A DNA stretch of 64,000 bases, taken from positions 183,507 through 247,506 of the forward strand of contig CAWGTP010000006.1 in assembly GCA_963825535.1 (NCBI GenBank), given 5' to 3'. This document shows, one piece after another, positions 17,563 to 26,613 of the stretch; the first letter of the stretch is position 1; each line of letters begins with the position of its first letter. Under the pieces are notes generated by a model that worked only from the letters and a program-made list of their open reading frames with translations, had not been told where the DNA came from and ran no database searches. Source of the DNA: an uncultured Solirubrobacterales bacterium (lineage in GTDB: Bacteria; Actinomycetota; Thermoleophilia; Solirubrobacterales; Thermoleophilaceae). The position numbers and the translations under genes are program-made.

Positions 17563-19224
17563 CTACTTCAGGCAGAACTGGGTCCAGTCGTTCTTGTAGA
17601 CCGGGTGGATGCCCGCACAGTTCTCGAAGTCCATCCGCTCGGAGAAGAACGTCGTGGCCTCCTCGTAGCCGTAGGGCACGAGGTAGGCCTTGTCCTTGAC
17701 CACGTACTCGTCCAGCGCGCCCCACTCCGGAGCTGCCTTCTCGAGGTCGGGCTGCTGGACCAGGTCCTCGGACTTCTTGTTCAGCGTCGCGTCGTTGACG
17801 AAGCCCTGGTTGCTTGTCGGGGTCGACTGGAGCGAATCCCCGGTGAGCAGCGGCTGGAAGAAGTCGGCCGGGTGCGGGAAGTCCTGGTACCAGTCCGTGA
17901 ACCCGGTCTGGGCCTTGGACGACTTCGTGCCGATCCGGTCGAAGTAGACCTGCTGGTCCAGCGTCTTGATCTTGGTCTTGTAGCCGATGTCCTCGAGCAC
18001 GCCGGCGTAGTAGACCGCGATCTTGTCGCGCGGGCTCTTGTTGTTGGTCCAGACCGTGACCTGCTGGCCCTTGGTGCCGGACTTCTCGACCAACTCCTTG
18101 GCCTTCGCCACGTCGCCGGGACCGTCCGGGTCGCCGTAGGGGCACTTGAAGTCCTTGTACCCCACGAGCTGCGGCGGCAGGAACGTGCAGCCGGGCTCCA
18201 GCCGGCCGCCGAAGATGCGCACCAGGGCGCGCGAGTCGATTGCGTAGTTCACCGCCTGGCGGGCCTCCAGCTTGTTGAAGGGCGCCATCGTGACGTTGAG
18301 GAAGAAGTAGTACGTGTTGGGCGGGTTCGCGTCCTCGCGGATCCGGTCCTTGTACTTGGACCGCACCTGCGGGAGCAGGTTGCCCGACGGATCCTCGGTG
18401 GAGAAGTCGAGCTTGCCGCTGATCACGTCCTGGGTCTGGCGCTCGACCGAGTCGGACACCTCGCCGTTGACCTTGTCGACCTTGCCCTTCTCCACGCCAG
18501 GAACGTTGAAGTTCTTGTTCTTGGTCAGCACGAACTTCTTGGACGGGTCGATCACTTTGATCGTGTACGGCCCCGCGCCGATCGGCGGGTTCTTGGTCAT
18601 GTCCTCAATCGGCGAGCTGGACGCCTTCACCGGCGCCGCGTAGGCCACCGACTGGGCGAACGGGAACTTGCCGTCGGGCGCCTTGAGGGTGATCGCGATC
18701 TTGCCGGTCTTGTCGTCGGTCTCGATGCCCGAGATGTCGTTCGAGGCCTTCGGGTCCTCCTGGAACTCCTCGGCGCCCTCGATGCCGGTGAAGAACGAGC
18801 TGTAGGGGCCCTTCTGGCCCACCGTCCGCTTGATCGCGTGCTCGTAGTCACTGGCCTTGACCGGCGAGCCGTCGGAGAAGTTGACGCCCTTCTTGAGCGT
18901 GTAGGTGTAGGTCTTGCCGCCGTTGGTGACCTTCGGCAAATCGGCCAGGCCGGGCACGATCTCACCGCCGCCCTTGCCCTCCTTCGGGGCGTACTTGGTC
19001 AGCGGAAGGTAGACCGGCGAGAGGGCCTGGCTGGCCTGCACGGTCTGGAACAGGGACGGGTCGTAGGAGTCGGGACCGACTGTGCCGATGTTGATCGTGC
19101 CGCCGCTCTTGCCCGAGCCGCCACCCGATGACTCGTCATCGCTGCCCCCTCCACAGGCTGTGATGCCGAGCGCCGCCACAGCGGTCCCGGCCACTACTGC
19201 GAGAAGACTGCGATACCTCGTCAT
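17563..19224 (-). CDS. ABC transporter substrate-binding lipoprotein, family 5 (peptide/nickel type)
   Basis: Lipobox LGITAC after a signal peptide. Family-5 SBP length and motifs. GGAGGG lies 9 nt upstream of ATG 19224, which is preferred over ATG 19251. Confidence 0.88.
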   Translation of the reverse strand: MTRYRSLLAVVAGTAVAALGITACGGGSDDESSGGGSGKSGGTINIGTVGPDSYDPSLFQTVQASQALSPVYLPLTKYAPKEGKGGGEIVPGLADLPKVTNGGKTYTYTLKKGVNFSDGSPVKASDYEHAIKRTVGQKGPYSSFFTGIEGAEEFQEDPKASNDISGIETDDKTGKIAITLKAPDGKFPFAQSVAYAAPVKASSSPIEDMTKNPPIGAGPYTIKVIDPSKKFVLTKNKNFNVPGVEKGKVDKVNGEVSDSVERQTQDVISGKLDFSTEDPSGNLLPQVRSKYKDRIREDANPPNTYYFFLNVTMAPFNKLEARQAVNYAIDSRALVRIFGGRLEPGCTFLPPQLVGYKDFKCPYGDPDGPGDVAKAKELVEKSGTKGQQVTVWTNNKSPRDKIAVYYAGVLEDIGYKTKIKTLDQQVYFDRIGTKSSKAQTGFTDWYQDFPHPADFFQPLLTGDSLQSTPTSNQGFVNDATLNKKSEDLVQQPDLEKAAPEWGALDEYVVKDKAYLVPYGYEEATTFFSERMDFENCAGIHPVYKNDWTQFCLK

Positions 19225-19311
19225 ACTTAGATTCCCTCCGGTCCTAGACATCCTCCACCCGACGGCGGGACAAGTTACTCCTTTTCGCGCCCGGCGGAGA
19301 TTGCCTGCAAA

Positions 19312-20823
19312 TCAGGACAGGCAGAGGCTCGAGAAGTCGAGCCCGTACACCGGGTGGAAGCGCAGGCACTGGTCCGGGTCGAGGCGCTCGGACAGCAGCA
19401 CGCCGGTCGTGCGGAGGCCGAACGGGACGATCAGCGCGCCCTCCACGACGTCGCGGTCGAGCGCCGCCCAGCGCGGGCCCTTGGGCGTGTCGCTGTCGCG
19501 CTCCAGCGCCCCCACGTCGCTACGCACGCCCGCGTCCGTGACCACGTCCAGGTACCGCCCCGGGACCGGCATGCTCGGCGTTACCGCGTCGAACCGCAGC
19601 TGCGCGCGCGATCGCTCGCGGTCGGTGCGCGCCCGCCGGGCGCGCAGGCCGATCTTGCGGAGCACGTCGACCCCGTAGCGTGCCAGCGCGACGGCGCGCG
19701 GGCCCTCGCCGCCGTCCACCAGGACGCGTGCGTCGCGGTCACTCGAGGCGCGGACGAGCCGCTCCGCGCGCACGAGATCGGAATCGCCGTCGCGGGCGCC
19801 GTAGGGGCACGGGTCGAGCTCCACGTAGCCGGGCACCTGAGGTGGGATCGCGTTGCACGTCGAGGACAGGAAACCGTCCTCGAGCCGGGCCAGCGCGCGC
19901 AGGTCGAGCGCGAACGCCACCGCGCGGCGGGTGTCCTGGTCGGTGAACGGCGGCCGGTCGAGGTCGAACGCGACGTAGCGCGAGGTCAGCGTCGGGAACT
20001 CGCGGTAGCGCGACTTGTACTCGGACCGGATCTGCGGCAACCGCTCGACCGGCGGCTCGCCCTGGGTCACGTCCAGGAGGCCGGAAAGCGTCTGGCTGGT
20101 GCGGCGGGCGTCGTCGCCGACGAAGCTGCCGGCGACCGAGTCCACATTGCCGGCGGGCACGCCGGGGAGCCGGAAGCCGCGGCGGCGGGTCAGCACGTAG
20201 GCCCGGCCACGCGTGGGCGCCTCGAGCCGGTACGGGCCAACGCCGACGACCGGGGCGCGGGTCAGGTCGCGCGTGGGTGTGCCGGGCGGCACGGGCGCGG
20301 TCCACAGCGTCGCCAGCAGGTCGGGGAACTCGGGGTCGGGCACGCTCAGGGTGATGCGCACCTCGCGCCTGCGCTCGTCGGCCGCGACGCTCTCGATGTT
20401 GGCCAGCGCGCTCCGGGCCGCGCGGTTGAGCGCCCGCGACCGCCTGATCGCGCGGCCCACGTCCGCGGCCAGCACCGTGCGGCCGTCGGAATAGCTGAGG
20501 TCCTTACGCAGCGTGAAGGTGAACTCGCGCTTCTCGTCGTCGGCCTCGGGCGCCGACTCGGCCAGCCCCGGGACCAACTGGGTGCCCGCGGCGCCCTCGG
20601 CGCGGCGGTAGGTCATCGGCGGCGTGTAGGCCAGCCAGAGCGCCCGTAGCGCCACCGGGGAACGCGCGAGCGCGGGATCGAGCGAGTCGGGACGCTCCCC
20701 GAGGCCGACCAGCACGCTGCCGCCCTCGCGCGCGTCGCCGCGCTCGCCGGTGATGCCGGACTCACACCCGGCAGACGCCGCGAGCAGGCACGCCAGCGTC
20801 CCTGCGATCGCGCCGTTTCTCAC
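19312..20823 (-). CDS. second family-5 substrate-binding lipoprotein (paralog of 17563-19224)
   Basis: Lipobox AASAGC. It shares with the neighbour the Cys-containing blocks PPQ(L/V)xGY...CPYG and SER(M/L)D...C...HPVY...CL. ATGA overlap with the sigma factor gene. Confidence 0.8.
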   Translation of the reverse strand: MRNGAIAGTLACLLAASAGCESGITGERGDAREGGSVLVGLGERPDSLDPALARSPVALRALWLAYTPPMTYRRAEGAAGTQLVPGLAESAPEADDEKREFTFTLRKDLSYSDGRTVLAADVGRAIRRSRALNRAARSALANIESVAADERRREVRITLSVPDPEFPDLLATLWTAPVPPGTPTRDLTRAPVVGVGPYRLEAPTRGRAYVLTRRRGFRLPGVPAGNVDSVAGSFVGDDARRTSQTLSGLLDVTQGEPPVERLPQIRSEYKSRYREFPTLTSRYVAFDLDRPPFTDQDTRRAVAFALDLRALARLEDGFLSSTCNAIPPQVPGYVELDPCPYGARDGDSDLVRAERLVRASSDRDARVLVDGGEGPRAVALARYGVDVLRKIGLRARRARTDRERSRAQLRFDAVTPSMPVPGRYLDVVTDAGVRSDVGALERDSDTPKGPRWAALDRDVVEGALIVPFGLRTTGVLLSERLDPDQCLRFHPVYGLDFSSLCLS

Positions 20824-21578
20824 TGCAGCTCGTCGCGCATCGCTCCGAGCGCCTTGCGGATCAGGCGCGACACGTGCATCTGGGAAAGCCCGACGCGCTC
20901 GGCGATCTGCGTCTGGGGCAGGCCCTCCTCGAAGCGCATGCGCAGGATCTCCTGCTCGCGCGAGGGCAGGTGGGCCAGCGCCGGCGCCAGCGAAGCGCGG
21001 TCCTCGCTACGCGAGAACTCCTCGTCCTCGTGACCCAGGCTCTCCAGCGGATCGGACTCCCCCTCCGTGGTCGGCCCGGACGAGAGCGACAGCGTGGTGT
21101 ATGCGCTCCCGACCTCGAGCGCCTCCAGTACCTCCTCGGGCGTGGTGGCCAGCTCGGCGGCGATCTCGGCCACGCTGGGCGAGCGGCCCAGCCGCGAGGT
21201 CAGCCGGTCGATCGTGGCCGACATCCGGGCGTTGAGCTCCTGGAGCGCGCGCGGTACCCGGATCGCCCACCCCTTGTCGCGGAAGTGACGCTTGATCTCG
21301 CCCACGACCGTCGGTGTGGCGTAGGTGGCCAGTGAAACCTCACGGCCCAGCTCGAAGCGGTCGATCGCCTTGATCAGGCCGATCGCGCCGACCTGCTCGA
21401 TGTCCTCGAGCGACTCGCCCCGGCCCGAGTAGCGGCGGGCCAGCGACCGCACCAGCGGCAGGTGGCGCTGCACCAGCCGCTCGCGGGCGGACTCGTCGCC
21501 ATCCTCGTGCAGGCGGCGCAGCAGCTCGCGGTCGACCTCGCGCGCCCGCGCCCGCGCCGTGTCGACCTCTCCCCTCAT
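20820..21578 (-). CDS. RNA polymerase sigma factor, SigB/SigF/SigG-like (sigma-70 group 3)
   Basis: Region 2 (DIEQVGAIGLIKAIDRF, YATPTVVGEIKRHFRD), region 3, and region 4.2 HTH (TQIAERVGLSQMHVSRLIRKAL). Confidence 0.88.
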   Translation of the reverse strand: MRGEVDTARARAREVDRELLRRLHEDGDESARERLVQRHLPLVRSLARRYSGRGESLEDIEQVGAIGLIKAIDRFELGREVSLATYATPTVVGEIKRHFRDKGWAIRVPRALQELNARMSATIDRLTSRLGRSPSVAEIAAELATTPEEVLEALEVGSAYTTLSLSSGPTTEGESDPLESLGHEDEEFSRSEDRASLAPALAHLPSREQEILRMRFEEGLPQTQIAERVGLSQMHVSRLIRKALGAMRDELQ

Positions 21579-21955
21579 ACTGCGACCAGCTTCACCAGCC
21601 GGATGAACAGCCGGCCGTCGCCGGCTTCCTCGACGCCGTAGGAGTCGACGACGGTGTCCAGCACGCCCGCCAGGCTGAGCGCGCCGTGCTCGCGCTCGCG
21701 CTGGAGCGCGTCGGCAAGGCCGCGTTCGAGCAGCGGCCCGACGCGCACCCTCACGCGTCCGGGCGACAGCTCGAAGCCGATCGTCAGCCGCTCCTGGCCT
21801 CCGGACTCGGCGTACAGGCGCTCGATGGCCAGCTGGAGATCGTCCATCTCCTCGAATCCGAGCTCCGCGCCGGCGGCGATGCCGCCGACGATCAGGCGGA
21901 CGACCGAGCCGAAGTCCCCGCCCAGCGGCGCCTCGAGGACGATCCGGTCAGGCAT
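21575..21955 (-). CDS. RsbW/SpoIIAB-like anti-sigma factor candidate lacking ATP-binding residues
   Basis: 126 aa. By eye it aligns to B. subtilis RsbW (VVRLIVGGIAAG...FEEMDDLQLAIERLYAES vs IIRLTLSGVASR...YDEIEDLKIAVSEACTNAV). The N-box Asn and the G1/G2 glycines are absent. 4-nt overlap with the sigma gene. Confidence 0.55.
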   Translation of the reverse strand: MPDRIVLEAPLGGDFGSVVRLIVGGIAAGAELGFEEMDDLQLAIERLYAESGGQERLTIGFELSPGRVRVRVGPLLERGLADALQREREHGALSLAGVLDTVVDSYGVEEAGDGRLFIRLVKLVAV

Positions 21956-23393
21956 CGACGTCCCTCATCGTCCCCCAGCCTACGACCAGGTCGCCGTCCA
22001 TCAGGCACGCCGTCTGCCCGGGCGCCGGCCGCGCGACCTCGCGCGCGAGGTCGATCCGCGCGCCGCCGGCGACAGTGCACGCCACAGCAGGCGCGTGGTA
22101 GCGCAGGCGCACGCTGCCGGCGCGTGTGGCCGGCCGGTGCAGCACGAGCGGGTCGACAGCGACCGAACGCACCGCCAGCTCGGCGCGCGTGCCCACCACA
22201 ACGCGGTTGGCACCGGGGTCCTTGGCCAGCACGTAAAGCGGCTCGCGCGCCGCGACCCCGATGCCGCGGCGCTGGCCCACGGTGAAGCGGTGGTGCCCGT
22301 CGTGCTCGCCGAGCACGGTCCCGTCACGGTCCACGATCGCGCCCGCACGCGGCTGCGGCGCCCCGTGCCGGAGCATGAAGTCGGGCCCGTTCGTGCCCGC
22401 CAGAAAGCACAGGTCCTGGCTCTCGGGCTTTCGTGCGACCGGTAGGCCGGCCGCGCCCGCCAGCTCGCGCACGCGCGGCTTCTCGAGCTCGCCGAGCGGG
22501 AAGCGCATCCGCTCGAGCTCGTCCCCGGTCAGCCGCGCCAGCACATAGCTCTGGTCCTTGGCGGGGTCGGCGCCGGCGCGCACGAGCGCGCCCGCATCGT
22601 CCTCGGCGATGCGCGCGTAGTGCCCGGTCGCCAGCCGCGCCGCGCCAAGATCGCCGGCCAGCGCGAGCATCGCGTCGAAGCGCACCAGGCCGTTGCAGCG
22701 CACGCATGGGTTGGGCGTCGTGCCCTGGGCGTAGCCGGCCAGGAAGTCGTCTACTACGTCGGCGCGAAAGCGGTCGCGCAGGTCGAGCGTGAAGTGTGCG
22801 ATGCCCATCCGGTGGGCCAGCGCGCGGGCGCCGGTGACCGCCTGCGGCGAGCAGCAGCTCTTGTCGCCGTCCGTGCCGGGGTCGGACCAGAGCTCGAGGG
22901 TGACCGCCAGCACGTGCTCGCCCGCGTCCAGCGCCAGCTGCGCGGCGGCGGCACTGTCGACTCCGCCGCTCATGGCCACCAGCGTGCGGGTGGCCACGGC
23001 GGGGAGGGCGATGGCGCCGTCGCGCGCCGCCAAGCCCAGCGCGCGGTGCAGCGCATCGGCGGCCAGCTCGGCCGCGTGCGTGCCGGCGGGCGACAGGCCG
23101 CCCAGCTCGTCCGCCACCGCGGCGGGCGTTACGGCCGCCGCGTCCAGCACCGGCACGCCCTCCACCAGCTCGACCACCGCGCTGCCCGCGGCGCGCGCGG
23201 CGGCACAGCCCTCGGCCTGGTAGCCGGCGGCGGCCACGCGGTCGCCCTCGACCTGGACCGAGACCCGGATCAGGTCACCGCAGGCGGCGCCGCCGGCAGC
23301 GCCGGTGTGGGGCGCGCGGGCCAGCGCCCCGAGCCCGCGCGGGGACGCGAGGTGCTCGTGCAGCGCTGACGCCGGGTTGGCGGTGCGGGCCAT
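21948..23393 (-). CDS. mnmA: IscU/NifU-N-like domain fused to tRNA 2-thiouridine(34) synthase MnmA
   Basis: N-terminal ~125 aa: GGAACGDLIRVSV, YQAEGCAAARAAGSAV, THAAELAADAL (IscU-like). Then PP-loop AMSGGVDSAAAA, NPCVRCN and ESQDLCF (MnmA). ATG 23393 was chosen because codons further upstream drop to about 68% GC3. Confidence 0.85.
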   Translation of the reverse strand: MARTANPASALHEHLASPRGLGALARAPHTGAAGGAACGDLIRVSVQVEGDRVAAAGYQAEGCAAARAAGSAVVELVEGVPVLDAAAVTPAAVADELGGLSPAGTHAAELAADALHRALGLAARDGAIALPAVATRTLVAMSGGVDSAAAAQLALDAGEHVLAVTLELWSDPGTDGDKSCCSPQAVTGARALAHRMGIAHFTLDLRDRFRADVVDDFLAGYAQGTTPNPCVRCNGLVRFDAMLALAGDLGAARLATGHYARIAEDDAGALVRAGADPAKDQSYVLARLTGDELERMRFPLGELEKPRVRELAGAAGLPVARKPESQDLCFLAGTNGPDFMLRHGAPQPRAGAIVDRDGTVLGEHDGHHRFTVGQRRGIGVAAREPLYVLAKDPGANRVVVGTRAELAVRSVAVDPLVLHRPATRAGSVRLRYHAPAVACTVAGGARIDLAREVARPAPGQTACLMDGDLVVGWGTMRDVDA

Positions 23394-23628
23394 GCGCTGA
23401 GGATACGAACGCAACGCGGTCGCTGACACCTTTGTTGCGGGCTCCAGCTTGCCGCTGCCGGCTCTGGGTTGGGCCTGCGTTGGTGCAAGCTCGGGAGTCC
23501 CCCGGAACGAACCTGGCGGCGAAACGCCTGGCTGACCCTGAGACAGGACTCCCATCCCATTGGTGTTGGCTCAACGTGGTGAGCCGGCTGGCGTACAAGC
23601 TCGAGCCTCAGCTCAACGTAGCAGCGGC

Positions 23629-25383
23629 TCAGGTGCCCGGGGGGGCGAGCAGCTTCAGGCCGAGCTCTCTCAGCTGCGCCTCCTCGACCGGCGCCGGCCC
23701 GCCGGTCAGCGGATCGAAGCCACTGGCCGTCTTGGGGAAGGCGATCACATCTCGAATGGTCTCGCAACCGGCCAGGAGCGCCACGATCCGGTCGATGCCG
23801 AAGGCCACGCCTCCGTGCGGTGGGGCCCCGTAGGTCAGCGCGTCCAGCAGGAAGCCGAACCGCTCCTTGGCCTGCTCGGGCGACAGGCCGAGCACGTCGA
23901 AGACCTGTTGCTGCAGCTCGGGCGTGTTGATGCGGATCGACCCGCCGCCGATCTCGGCGCCGTTCCAGACCATGTCGTAGGCGCGGCTGCGCCACGTGCC
24001 GGGGTCCGCGTCCAGGTCGCCGCTCGGCGCGGTGAACGGGTGGTGCATCGGGTCCCAGCGCTTCTCCGCCTCGTCCCACTCGAACATCGGGAAGTCGACG
24101 ACCCAGAGGAAGTCGTCGCGGGCCTCGGGCACTCCCACCTGGAGCCGCAGGTCACCCAGCACGCGGGCCGCCGTCGCGGCCGTGTCGGCCACCACGAGGA
24201 TCGCATCGCCCTCGACGGCGCCTGTGGCCCGCTTGAGCCCCGCGATCTCGTCCTCGGACAGGAACTTGGCCACCGGTGAGCGCCACTGGTCGGGCTCGAC
24301 CACGCCCCAGACCAGGCCTTTCGCGCCGAACCGCTTGGCGCGCTCGGTCAGCTCGTCGAACTGCTTGCGCGTGAAGTCACCCGGCGCCGCGAACCCGCGG
24401 ACCACCCCGCCCGAGCCCAGCGCGCCGCTGAACACCTTGAACTCCGACGACGCGAACAGCTCGCCGAGGTCGGCGATCTCGAACGGGATCCGGCGGTCGG
24501 GCCGGTCGCTGCCGTAGCGCAGCATCGCCTCGTCGTAGCCGATCCGCTCGACCGGATCCGGCACCTCGACGCCACCCAGCGCCAGTACTGCGCGCATGAG
24601 CGGATCGATCGTGGCGATCACGTCGTCCTCGTCCACGAACGCCAGCTCCACGTCCAGCTGGGTGAACTCGGGCAGCCGGTCGGCGCGCGAGGACTCGTCG
24701 CGGAAGCAGCGGGCGATCTGGTAGTAGCGCTCGAAGCCGGCGATCATCAGCAGCTGCTTGAAGATCTGCGGTGACTGCGGCAGCGCGTAGACCGATCCGG
24801 GCGCCACACGGCTGGGCACCAGGAAGTCGCGCGCGCCCTCGGGCGTGGAGCGCGTGAGCACGGGTGTCTCGATCTCCAGGAAGCCGCGGTCCTCGAGGTG
24901 GCGGCGGATGGCCGATACGACCCGGTGGCGCAGCCGGATCGCCGTGGCCATCCGCTCCTTGCGCAGGTCGAGGTAGCGGTACTGGAGCCGAAGCTCCTCG
25001 GACACCGCGTCGTCCTCGTCGATCTGGAAGGGCGGCGTCCGGGCCGTGGCCAGCAGGTCGAACTGCTCGACATTCAGCTCAACGCCGCCGGTGGGCAGCT
25101 CGGGGTTGACCGCGCCCGCCTCGCGCTCCAGCAGCGTTCCGGTGGCCGAGACGACGTGCTCGGGCCGCAGCCGGTGGGCGGCGGCGTGGGCGTCGGGGAA
25201 CTCGTCGGGGCGGAAGACCAGCTGGAGCAGGCCCTCACGGTCGCGCAGGTCGATGAAGATCAGCCCACCGTGATCGCGGCGGCGGTGCACCCAGCCGGCC
25301 ACGCGCAACCTCGAGCCCACCTGCTGCGGCGTGGCCAGGCCACACCACGTGTCGCGGTAGCGGTTGGCGAACGTTTCGGTCAC
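23629..25383 (-). CDS. aspS: aspartate--tRNA ligase
   Basis: 584 aa. OB-fold N-terminus (RVAGWVHRRRDHGGLIFIDLRD), class II motifs (FRDESSRADRLPEFTQLD, GGGSIRI, GVAFGIDR) and the bacterial insertion domain. Confidence 0.95.
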   Translation of the reverse strand: MTETFANRYRDTWCGLATPQQVGSRLRVAGWVHRRRDHGGLIFIDLRDREGLLQLVFRPDEFPDAHAAAHRLRPEHVVSATGTLLEREAGAVNPELPTGGVELNVEQFDLLATARTPPFQIDEDDAVSEELRLQYRYLDLRKERMATAIRLRHRVVSAIRRHLEDRGFLEIETPVLTRSTPEGARDFLVPSRVAPGSVYALPQSPQIFKQLLMIAGFERYYQIARCFRDESSRADRLPEFTQLDVELAFVDEDDVIATIDPLMRAVLALGGVEVPDPVERIGYDEAMLRYGSDRPDRRIPFEIADLGELFASSEFKVFSGALGSGGVVRGFAAPGDFTRKQFDELTERAKRFGAKGLVWGVVEPDQWRSPVAKFLSEDEIAGLKRATGAVEGDAILVVADTAATAARVLGDLRLQVGVPEARDDFLWVVDFPMFEWDEAEKRWDPMHHPFTAPSGDLDADPGTWRSRAYDMVWNGAEIGGGSIRINTPELQQQVFDVLGLSPEQAKERFGFLLDALTYGAPPHGGVAFGIDRIVALLAGCETIRDVIAFPKTASGFDPLTGGPAPVEEAQLRELGLKLLAPPGT

Positions 25384-26609
25384 GTCGCCACCCGTTCCAG
25401 CAGCTCGCCGATGTCGGCGACCGGGCTCTGCTCGCCGCTGTCCATGTCCTTGATCTCGATCTGCGCGCCGACCACGATCACGTGGGTCGCCCCGAGCCGG
25501 TCGGCCTGCTTGAGCTGGCCCTTCATCGAGCGGCCGGCCTGCTCCATCTGGGCCTGGACGCCGCGGCCGCGCAGCGCCTCGGTGATCTTGAACGCTGTGC
25601 GCCGCTGGTCGGCGTCGGTCACGGCCACGTACGCCACCGGCAGCGCCAGCGCCTCGCCGGCGCTCCCGGCGAGCAGGATCCGCTCGATGCCCGCGGCCCA
25701 GCCGACGCCCGGGGTCGGTGGGCCGCCGAGCTGCTCGACGAGGCCGTCGTAGCGCCCGCCGCCGCCGACGCCGCTCTGGGCGCCCAGCGACGGGCTGTCG
25801 AACTCGAACACCGTGCGCGTGTAGTAGTCGAGGCCACGAACCAGCGTCGGGTCGAGCTCGTACTCCTGCTCGGCGTCGTCCAGGAAGGCGCGCACCTCGG
25901 CGAAGTGCTCGGCGTCGGCGGGGTCGAGCCGGTCCACCAGCAGCGGCGCGTCTGCCATCACCGCGCGCGTGCCCTCGTGGTCGGAGTCGAACGCGCGCAG
26001 CGGGTTGGCGTCGATCCGGCCACGCACCTCGTCCGAGAGCTCACCCTCGCGCGAGCGCAGGAACGTCCGCAGCTCCTCGCCGTATGCGGCGCGAGTGGCG
26101 GCGTTGCCAAGGCTGGACAGGTGCAGCCGGCAGTCAACCTCGGCCTCCTCGAGCAGCTGGGCCAGCAGCAGGATCAGCTCCGCGTCCAGGGACGGGTCGT
26201 CGGAGCCCAGCGCCTCGGCCCCGATCTGGCTGAACTGGCGGTAGCGGCCGGCCTGGGGCGCCTCGTGGCGGAAGAACGGGCCCCAGTAGCGCAGCTTCAC
26301 CGGCTGGGCCAGCTTGTGCATGCCGTGCTCGACGTAGGCGCGGCAGGCGCCTGCCGTGCCCTCGGGGCGCAGCGTGAGTGACCGCCCGCCCTTGTCCTCG
26401 AAGGTGAACATCTCCTTCTGCACGATGTCCGTGGACTCGCCCACCCCGCGCGCGAACACCTCGGTGTCCTCGAACACGGGCGTGTCGAACGGCCCGTAGC
26501 CCGCCAGGCCCAGCAGCGCGTCGCTGCTCTCGCGCAGCGCCTCACGGCGCTCGCCGTCCTCGGGCAGCACGTCGAATGTCCCGCGCGGGGCCTGCAGCTT
26601 CGCCGCCAT
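25380..26609 (-). CDS. hisS: histidine--tRNA ligase
   Basis: 409 aa from ATG 26609 (MAAKLQAPRGTFDVLPED). Motifs LRPEGTA, YWGPFFRHEAPQAGRYRQF and GGGGRYDGL, plus a C-terminal anticodon-binding domain. Confidence 0.93.
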   Translation of the reverse strand: MAAKLQAPRGTFDVLPEDGERREALRESSDALLGLAGYGPFDTPVFEDTEVFARGVGESTDIVQKEMFTFEDKGGRSLTLRPEGTAGACRAYVEHGMHKLAQPVKLRYWGPFFRHEAPQAGRYRQFSQIGAEALGSDDPSLDAELILLLAQLLEEAEVDCRLHLSSLGNAATRAAYGEELRTFLRSREGELSDEVRGRIDANPLRAFDSDHEGTRAVMADAPLLVDRLDPADAEHFAEVRAFLDDAEQEYELDPTLVRGLDYYTRTVFEFDSPSLGAQSGVGGGGRYDGLVEQLGGPPTPGVGWAAGIERILLAGSAGEALALPVAYVAVTDADQRRTAFKITEALRGRGVQAQMEQAGRSMKGQLKQADRLGATHVIVVGAQIEIKDMDSGEQSPVADIGELLERVAT

Positions 26610-26613
26610 CGGG

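Noticed and set aside
20820-21578. ECF-type sigma factor with a transmembrane anti-sigma, linked to the SBP as a surface-signalling module
   Set aside because: The sigma factor has a region 3 and a SigB/F-type region 4.2 (ISQMHVSRL-like), not the two-domain ECF layout. The adjacent small protein has no TM segment.
23394-23628. T-box leader or SRP/4.5S-like RNA in the aspS-mnmA spacer
   Set aside because: The spacer lies downstream of the aaRS genes, not upstream. I saw no specifier-loop/T-box sequence and no GGAAG…CAGC SRP domain IV motif.
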